Positions 53,801-64,000 of a DNA stretch of 64,000 nt are shown here, piece after piece. Numbering within the stretch: the stretch's first letter is position 1; every line of letters starts with the position of its first letter. The stretch is from the NCBI GenBank assembly GCA_964016885.1, contig OZ024742.1:8928001-8992000 (forward strand), written 5' to 3'. The DNA is from Eledone cirrhosa (lineage: Eukaryota). A model generated the notes under the pieces. That model saw only the letters and a list, made by a program, of their open reading frames with translations. It searched no databases and had not been told where the DNA came from. The position numbers were made by a program, and so were the translations under genes.

Positions 53801-56800
53801 ATATAGAGACAGACAATACAGTATTGGCTACAGTATCACATATATATAGAGACAGACAACACAGTATTGGCTACAGTATCACATATATATAGAGACAGAC
53901 AACACAGTATTGGTTACAGTATAACATATATATAGAGACAGACAACACGGTATTGGCTACAGTATCATATATATATAGAGACAGACATCACAGTATTGGC
54001 TAGAGTATCACATATATATAGAGACAGACAACACAGTATTGGCTACAGTATCACATATATATAGAGCCAGAGAACACAGTATTGGCTACAGTATCACATA
54101 TATATAGAGCCAGACAACACAGTATTGGCTACAGTATCACATATATATAGAGACAGACAACACAGTATTGGCTACAGTATCACATATATATAGAGACAGA
54201 CAACACGGTATTGGCTACAGTATCACATATATATAGAGACAGACATCACAGTGTTGGCTACAGTATCACATATATATAGAGACAGACAACACAGTATTGG
54301 CTACAGTATCACATATATATAGAGACAGACAACACAGTATTGGCTACAGTATCACATATATATAGAGACAGACATCACAGTATTGGCTACAGTATCACAT
54401 ATATATAGAGCCAGAGAACACAGTATTGGCTACAGTATCACATATATATAGAGACAGACAACACAGTATTGGCTACAGTATCACATATATATAGAGACAG
54501 ACATCACAGTATTGGCTACAGTATCACATATATATAGAGACAGACAACACAGTATTGGCTACAGTATCACATATATATAGAGACAGACAACACAGTATTG
54601 GCTACAGTATCACATATATATAGAGCCAGAGAACACAGTATTGGCTACAGTATCACATATATATAGAGCCAGACAACACAGTATTGGCTAGAGTATAACA
54701 TATATATAGAGACAGACAACACAGTATTGGCTACATTATCACATATATATAGAGAAAGACAACACAGTATTGGCTAGAGTATCACATATATATAGAGCCA
54801 GACAACACAGTATTGGCTAGAGTATCACATATATACAGAGACAGACAACACAGTATTGGCTACAGTATCACATATATATAGAGACAGACAACACAGTATT
54901 GGCTAGAGTATCACATATATATAGAGACAGACAACACAGTAATGGCTACAGTATCACATATATATAGAGACAGACAACACAGTATTGGCTACAGTATCAC
55001 ATATATATAGAGACAGACAACACAGTATTGGCTACAGTATCACATATATATAGAGACAGACAACACAGTATTGGCTAGAGTATCACATATATATAGAGAC
55101 AGACAACACAGTAATGGCTACAGTATCACATATATATAGAGACAGACAACACAGTATTGGCTACAGTATCACATATATATAGAGACAGACAACACAGTAT
55201 TGGCTAGAGTATCACATATATATAGAGACAGACAACACAGTATTGGCTACAGTATCTCATATATATAGAGACATACAACACAGTATTGGCTACAGTATCA
55301 CATATATATAGAGACAGACAACATAGTATTAGCTACAGTATCACATATATATAGAGACAGACAACACAGTAATGGCTACAGTATCACATATATATAGAGA
55401 CAGACAACACAGTATTGGCTACAGTATCACATATATATAGAGACAGACAACACAGTATTGGCTACAGTATCACATATATATAGAGACAGACAACACAGTA
55501 TTGGCAACTGTATCACATAAATATAGAGACAGACAACACAGTATTGGCTACAGTATCACATATATATAGAGACAGACAACACAGTATTGGCAACTGTATC
55601 ACATAAATATAGAGACAGACAACACAGTATTGGCTACAGTATCACATATATATATATAGACAGACAACACTATTGGCTACAGTATCTCATATATATAGAG
55701 ACAGACAATACAGTATTGGCTACAGTATCACATATATATAGAGACAGACAACACAGTATTGGCTACAGTATCACATATATATAGAGACAGACAACACAGT
55801 ATTGGTTACAGTATAACATATATATAGAGACAGACAACACGGTATTGGCTACAGTATCATATATATATAGAGACAGACATCACAGTATTGGCTAGAGTAT
55901 CACATATATATAGAGACTGACAACACGGTATTGGCTACAGTATCACATATATATAGAGACAGACAACACAGTATTGGCTACAGTATCACATATATATAGA
56001 GACAGACAACACGGTATTGGCTACAGTATCACATATATATAGAGACAGACATCACAGTGTTGGCTACAGTATCACATATATATAGAGACAGACAACACAG
56101 TATTGGCTACAGTATCACATATATATAGAGACAGACAACACAGTATTGGCTACAGTATCACATATATATAGAGACAGACATCACAGTATTGGCTACAGTA
56201 TCACATATATATAGAGCCAGAGAACACAGTATTGGCTACAGTATCACATATATATAGAGACAGACAACACAGTATTGGCTACAGTATCACATATATATAG
56301 AGACAGACATCACAGTATTGGCTACAGTATCACATATATATAGAGACAGACAACACAGTATTGGCTACAGTATCACATATATATAGAGACAGACAACACA
56401 GTATTGGCTACAGTATCACATATATATAGAGCCAGAGAACACAGTATTGGCTACAGTATCACATATATATAGAGCCAGACAACACAGTATTGGCTAGAGT
56501 ATAACATATATATAGAGACAGACAACACAGTATTGGCTACATTATCACATATATATAGAGAAAGACAACACAGTATTGGCTAGAGTATCACATATATATA
56601 GAGCCAGACAACACAGTATTGGCTAGAGTATCACATATATATAGAGACAGACAACACAGTATTGGCTAGAGTATAACATATATATAGAGACAGACAACAC
56701 AGTATTGGCTACAGTATCACATATATATAGAGACAGACAACACAGTATTGGCTAGAGTATCACATATATATAGAGCCAGACAACACAGTATTGGCTAGAG

Positions 56801-59800
56801 TATCACATATATATAGAGACAGACAACACAGTATTGGCTAGAGTATAACATATATATAGAGATAGACAACACAGTATTGGCTACAGTATCACATATATAT
56901 AGAGACAGACAACACAGTATTGGCTAGAGTATAACATATATATAGAGCCAGACAACACAGTATTGGCTAGAGTATCACATATATATAGAGACAGACAACA
57001 CAGTATTGGCTACAGTATCACATATATATAGAGACAGACAACACTGTATTGGCTACAGTATCACATATATATAGAGACAGACAACAGAGTATTGGCTACA
57101 GTATCACATATATATAGAGACAGACAACAGAGTATTGGCTACAGTATCACATATATATAGAGACAGACAACACAGTATTGGCTACAGTATCTCATATATA
57201 TTGAGACAGACAACACAGTATTGGCTACAGTATCACATATATATAGAGACAGACAACACAGTATTGGCTACAGTATCACATACATATAGAGACAGACAAC
57301 ACAGTATTAGCTACAGTATCACATATATATAGAGACAGACAACTCAGTATTGGCTACAGTATCACATATATATAGAGACAGACAACACAGTATTGGCTAC
57401 AGTATCACATATATATAGAGACAGACAACACAGTATTGGCTAGAGTATCACATATATATAGAGCCAGACAACACAGTATTGGCTAGAGTATCATATATAT
57501 ATAGAGACAGACAACACAGTATTGGCTAGAGTATAACATATATATAGAGACAGACAACACAGTATTGGCTACAGTATCACATATATATAGAGACAGACAA
57601 CACAGTATTGGCTAGAGTATAACATATATATAGAGCCAGACAACACAGTATTGGCTAGAGTATCACATATATACAGAGACAGACAACACAGTATTGGCTA
57701 CAGTATCACATATATATAGAGACAGACAACACAGTATTGGCTAGAGTATCACATATATATAGAGACAGACAACACAGTAATGGCTACAGTATCACATATA
57801 TATAGAGACAGACAACACAGTATTGGCTACAGTATCACATATATATAGAGACAAACAACACAGTATTGGCTACAGTATCACATATATATAGAGACAGACA
57901 ACACAGTATTGGCTAGAGTATCACATATATATAGAGACAGACAACACAGTAATGGCTACAGTATCACATATATATAGAGACAGACAACACAGTATTGGCT
58001 ACAGTATCACATATATATAGAGACAGACAACACAGTATTGGCTAGAGTATCACATATATATAGAGACAGACAACACAGTATTGGCTACAGTATCTCATAT
58101 ATATAGAGACATACAACACAGTATTGGCTACAGTATCACATATATATAGAGACAGACAACATAGTATTAGCTACAGTATCACATATATATAGAGACAGAC
58201 AACACAGTAATGGCTACAGTATCACATATATATAGAGACAGACAACACAGTATTGGCTACAGTATCACATATATATAGAGACAGACAACACAGTATTGGC
58301 TAGAGTATCACATATATATAGAGACAGACAACACAGTATTGGCTAGAGTATCACATATATATAGAGACAGACAACACAGTATTGGCTAGAGTATCACATA
58401 TATATAGAGACAGACAACACAGTATTGGCTACAGTATCACATATATACAGAGACAGACAACACAGTATTGGCTACAGTATCACATATATATAGAGACAGA
58501 CAACACAGTATTGGCAACTGTATCACATAAATATAGAGACAGACAACACAGTATTGGCTACAGTATCACATATATATATATAGACAGACAACACTATTGG
58601 CTACAGTATCTCATATATATAGAGACAGACAACACAGTATTGGCTACAGTATCACATATATATAGAGACAGACAACACAGTATTGGCTACAGTATCACAT
58701 ATATATAGAGACAGACAACACAGTATTGGTTACAGTATAACATATATATAGAGACAGACAACACGGTATTGGCTACAGTATCATATATATATAGAGACAG
58801 ACATCACAGTATTGGCTAGAGTATCACATATATATAGAGACAGACAACACGGTATTGGCTACAGTATCACATATATATAGAGACAGACAACACAGTATTG
58901 GCTACAGTATCACATATATATAGAGACAGACAACACGGTTTTGGCTATAGTATCACATATATATAGAGACAGACATCACAGTATTGGCTACAGTATCACA
59001 TATATATAGAGACAGACAACACAGTATTGGCTACAGTATCACATATATATAGAGACAGACAACACAGTATTGGCTACAGTATCACATATATATAGAGACA
59101 GACATCACAGTATTGGCTACAGTATCACATATATATAGAGCCAGACAACACAGTATTGGCTACAGTATCACATATATATAGAGACAGACAACACAGTATT
59201 GGCTACAGTATCACATATATATAGAGACAGACATCACAGTATTGGCTACAGTATCACATATATATAGAGACAGACAACACAGTATTGGCTACAGTATCAC
59301 ATATATATAGAGACAGACAACACAGTATTGGCTACAGTATCACATATATATAGAGCCAGACAACACAGTATTGGCTAGAGTATAACATATATATAGAGAC
59401 AGACAACACAGTATTGGCTACATTATCACATATATATAGAGAAAGACAACACAGTATTGGCTAGAGTATCACATATATATAGAGCCAGACAACACAGTAT
59501 TGGCTAGAGTATCACATATATATAGAGACAGACAACACAGTATTGGCTAGAGTATAACGTATATATAGAGACAGACAACACAGTATTGGCTACAGTATCA
59601 CATATATATAGAGACAGACAACACAGTATTGGCTACAGTATCACATATATATAGAGCCAGACAACACAGTATTGGCTAGAGTATCACATATATATAGAGA
59701 CAGACAACACAGTATTGGCTAGAGTATAACATATATATAGAGATAGACAACACAGTATTGGCTACAGTATCACATATATATAGAGACAGACAACACAGTA

Positions 59801-62800
59801 TTGGCTAGAGTATAACATATATATAGAGCCAGACAACACAATATTGGCTAGAGTATCACATATATATAGAGACAGACAACACAGTATTGGCTACAGTATC
59901 ACATATATATAGAGACAGACAACACTGTATTGGCTACAGTATCACATATATATAGAGACAGACAACAGAGTATTGGCTACAGTATCACATATATATAGAG
60001 ACAGACAACAGAGTATTGGCTACAGTATCACATATATATAGAGACAGACAACACAGTATTGGCTACAGTATCTCATATATATTGAGACAGACAACACAGT
60101 ATTGGGTACAGTATCACATATATATAGAGACAGACAACACAGTATTGGCTACAGTATCACATACATATAGAGACAGACAACACAGTATTGGCTACAGTAT
60201 CACATATATATAGAGACAGACAACTCAGTATTGGCTACAGTATCACATATATATAGAGACAGACAACACAGTATTGGCTACAGTATCACATATATATAGA
60301 GACAGACAACACAGTATTGGCTAGAGTATCACATATATATAGAGCCAGACAACACAGTATTGGCTAGAGTATCACATATATATAGAGACAGACAACACAG
60401 TATTGGCTAGAGTATAACATATATATAGAGACAGACAACACAGTATTGGCTACAGTATCACATATATATAGAGACAGACAACACAGTATTGGCTAGAGTA
60501 TAACATATATATAGAGCCAGACAACACAGTATTGGCTACAGTATCACATATATATAGAGACAGACAACACAGTATTGGCTAGAGTATCACATATATACAG
60601 AGACAGACAACACAGTATTGACTACAGTATCACATATATATAGAGACAGACAACACAGTATTGGCTACAGTATCACATATATATAGAGACAGACAACACA
60701 GTATTGGCTACAGTATCACATATATATAGAGACAGACAACACAGTATTGGCTACAGTATAACATATATATAGAGACAGACAACACAGTATTGGCTACAGT
60801 ATCTCATATATATAGAGACAGACAACACAGTATTGGCTACAGTATCACATATATATAGAGACAGACAACACAGTATTGGCTAGAGTATCACATATATATA
60901 GAGACAGACAACACAGTATTGGTTACAGTATCACATATATATAGAGACAGACAACACAGTATTGGCTAGAGTATCACATATATATAGAGACAGACAACAC
61001 AGTATTGGCTACAGTATCACATATATATAGAGACAGACAACACGGTATTGGCTACAGTATCACATATATATAGAGACAGACAAGACAGTATTGGCTACAG
61101 TATCACATATATATAGAGACAGACAACAAAGTATTGGCAACTGTATCACATAAATATAGAGACAGACAACACAGTATTGGCTAGAGTATAACATATATAT
61201 AGAGACAGACAACACGGTATTGGCTACAGTATCACATATATATAGAGACAGACAACACAGTATTGGCTACAGTATCACATATATATATATATAGACAGAC
61301 AACACTATTGGCTACAGTATCTCATATATATAGAGACAGACAACACAGTATTGGCTACAGTATCACATATATATAGAGACAGACAACACAGTATTGGCTA
61401 CAGTATCACATATATATAGAGACAGACAATACAGTATTGGCTACAGTATCACATATATATAGAGACAGACAACACAGTATTGGTTACAGTATAACATATA
61501 TATAGAGACAGACAACACGGTATTGGCTACAGTATCATATATATATAGAGACAGACATCACAGTATTGGCTAGAGTATCACATGTATGTAGAGACAGACA
61601 ACACGGTATTGGCTACAATATCACATATATATAGAGACAGACAACACAGTATTGGCCGCAGTATCACATATATATAGAGACAGACAACACAGTATTCGAT
61701 ACAGTATCACATATATATAGAGACAGACAACACAGTATTGGCTACAGTTTCACATATATATAGAGACAGACAACACAGTATTGGCTACAGTATCACAAAT
61801 ATATAGAGACAGACAACACAGTATTTGCTACAGTATCACATATATATAGAGACAGAGAACACAGTATTGTCTAGAGTATAACATATATATAGAGACAGAC
61901 AACGCAGTATTGGCTACAGTATCACATATATATAGAGACAGACAACACAGTATTGGCTACAGTATCACATATATACAGAGACAGACAACACAGTATTGGC
62001 TACAGTATCACATATATATAGAGACAGACAACACAGTATTGGCAACTGTATCACATAAATATAGAGACAGACAACACAGTATTGGCTACAGTATCACATA
62101 TATATATATAGACAGACAACACTATTGGCTACAGTATCTCATATATATAGAGACAGACAACACAGTATTGGCTACAGTATCACATATATATAGAGACAGA
62201 CAACACAGTATTGGCTACACTATCACATATATATAGAGACAGACAACACAGTATTGGCTACAGTATCACATATATATAGAGACAGACAACACAGTATTGG
62301 TTACAGTATAACATATATATAGAGACAGACAACACGGTATTGGCTACAGTATCACATATATATAGAGACAGACAACACAGTATTGGCTACAGTAATACAT
62401 ATATATAGAGACAGACAACACGGTATTGGCTACAGTATCACATATATATATAGAGACAGACATCACAGTATTGGCTACAGTATCACATATATATAGAGAC
62501 AGACAACACAGTATTGGCTACAGTATCACATATATATAGAGACAGACAACACAGTATTGGCTACAGTATCACATATATATAGAGACAGACATCACAGTAT
62601 TGGCTACAGTATCACATATATATAGAGCCAGACAACACAGTATTGGCTACAGTATCACATATATATAGAGACAGACAACACAGTATTGGCTACAGTATCA
62701 CATATATATAGAGACAGACATCACAGTATTGGCTACAGTATCACATATATATAGAGACAGACAACACAGTATTGGCTACAGTATCACATATATATAGACA

Positions 62801-64000
62801 CAGACAACACAGTATTGGCTACAGTATCACATATATATAGAGCCAGACAACACAGTATTGGCTAGAGTATAACATATATATAGAGACAGACAACACAGTA
62901 TTGGCTACATTATCACATATATATAGAGACAGACAACACAGTATTGGCTAGAGTATCACATATATATAGAGCCAGACAACACAGTATTGGCTAGAGTATC
63001 ACATATATATAGAGACAGACAACACAGTATTGGCTAGAGTATAACATATATATAGAGACAGACAACACAGTATTGGCTACAGTATCACATATATATAGAG
63101 ACAGACAACACAGTATTGGCTAGAGTATCACATATATATAGAGCCAGACAACACAGTATTGGCTAGAGTATCACATATATATAGAGACAGACAACACAGT
63201 ATTGGCTAGAGTATAACATATATATAGAGACAGACAACACAGTATTGGCTACAGTATCACATATATATAGAGACAGACAACACAGTATTGGCTAGAGTAT
63301 AACATATATATAGAGCCAGACAACACAGTATTGGCTAGAGTATCACATATATATAGAGACAGACAACACAGTATTGGCTACAGTATCACATATATATAGA
63401 GACAGACAACACAGTATTGGCTACAGTATCACATATATATAGAGACAGACAACACAGTATTGGCTACAGTATCACATATATATAGAGACAGACAACAGAG
63501 TATTGGCTACAGTATCACATATATATAGAGACAGACAACACAGTATTGGCTACAGTATCACATACATATAGAGACAGACAACACAGTATTGGCTACAGTA
63601 TCACATATATATAGAGACAGAAAACTCAGTATTGGCTACAGTATCACATATATATAGAGACAGACAACACAGTATTGGCTAGAGTATCACATATATATAG
63701 AGACAGACAACACAGTATTGGCTACAGTATCACATATATATAGAGACAGACAACTCAGTATTGGCTACAGTATCACATATATATAGAGACAGACAACACA
63801 GTATTGGCTACAGTATCACATATATATAGAGACAGACAACACAGTATTGGCTACAGTATCACATATATATAGAGACAGACAACACAGTATTGGCTAGAGT
63901 ATCACATGTATATAGAGACAGACAACACGGTATTGGCTACAGTATCACATATATATTGAGACAGACAACACAGTATTGGCTACAGTATCACATATATATA
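44805..64000. repeat. 43-bp satellite, ~445 units, consensus GAGACAGACAACACAGTATTGGCTACAGTATCACATATATATA; runs off the window end
   Basis: Unit read directly. Higher-order repeats at 860, 1892, 2881 and ~4730 bp (20, 44, 67 and 110 units). Confidence 0.99.

Noticed and set aside
45092-62236. Repeated 65/108-aa ORFs (MATVSHIYRDRQH...)
   Set aside because: Artefacts of the 43-bp satellite with TTG starts. The consensus has regular TAG stops.
44805-64000. CRISPR-like regular repeats (also the 27-bp array and 37147-37505)
   Set aside because: No unique spacers, no cas genes, and a eukaryotic context.

Overview
This is AT-rich, microsatellite-saturated animal genomic DNA. Its SINE families and TA/CA/GA tracts resemble octopus/cephalopod genomes (inference from memory, not database-verified). 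About 77% of the window is two tandem arrays. The first is a 27-bp array (~3410-33416, ~1110 units, ACAGCACCAACTCCAGCAGTTCACATT) that begins inside a tRNA-derived SINE and stays frame-open for 10,019 codons as mucin-like (TAPTPAVHI)n. The second is a 43-bp satellite (~44805 to the window end, ~445 units). Both show nested higher-order duplications. The flanks are a patchwork of retroelement relics inserted in microsatellites: a decayed Penelope-like element (RT + GIY-YIG), several Penelope-type terminal fragments with hammerhead-ribozyme folds (one well formed at 2351-2421), an R4/Dong-like 3' end in (CATA)n, an L1/Tx1-like 3' end next to (TC)n, and several tRNA-SINEs. No conventional host gene is recognisable. 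The giant ORF is only weak evidence of coding, because none of its consensus codons can become a stop by a single substitution.
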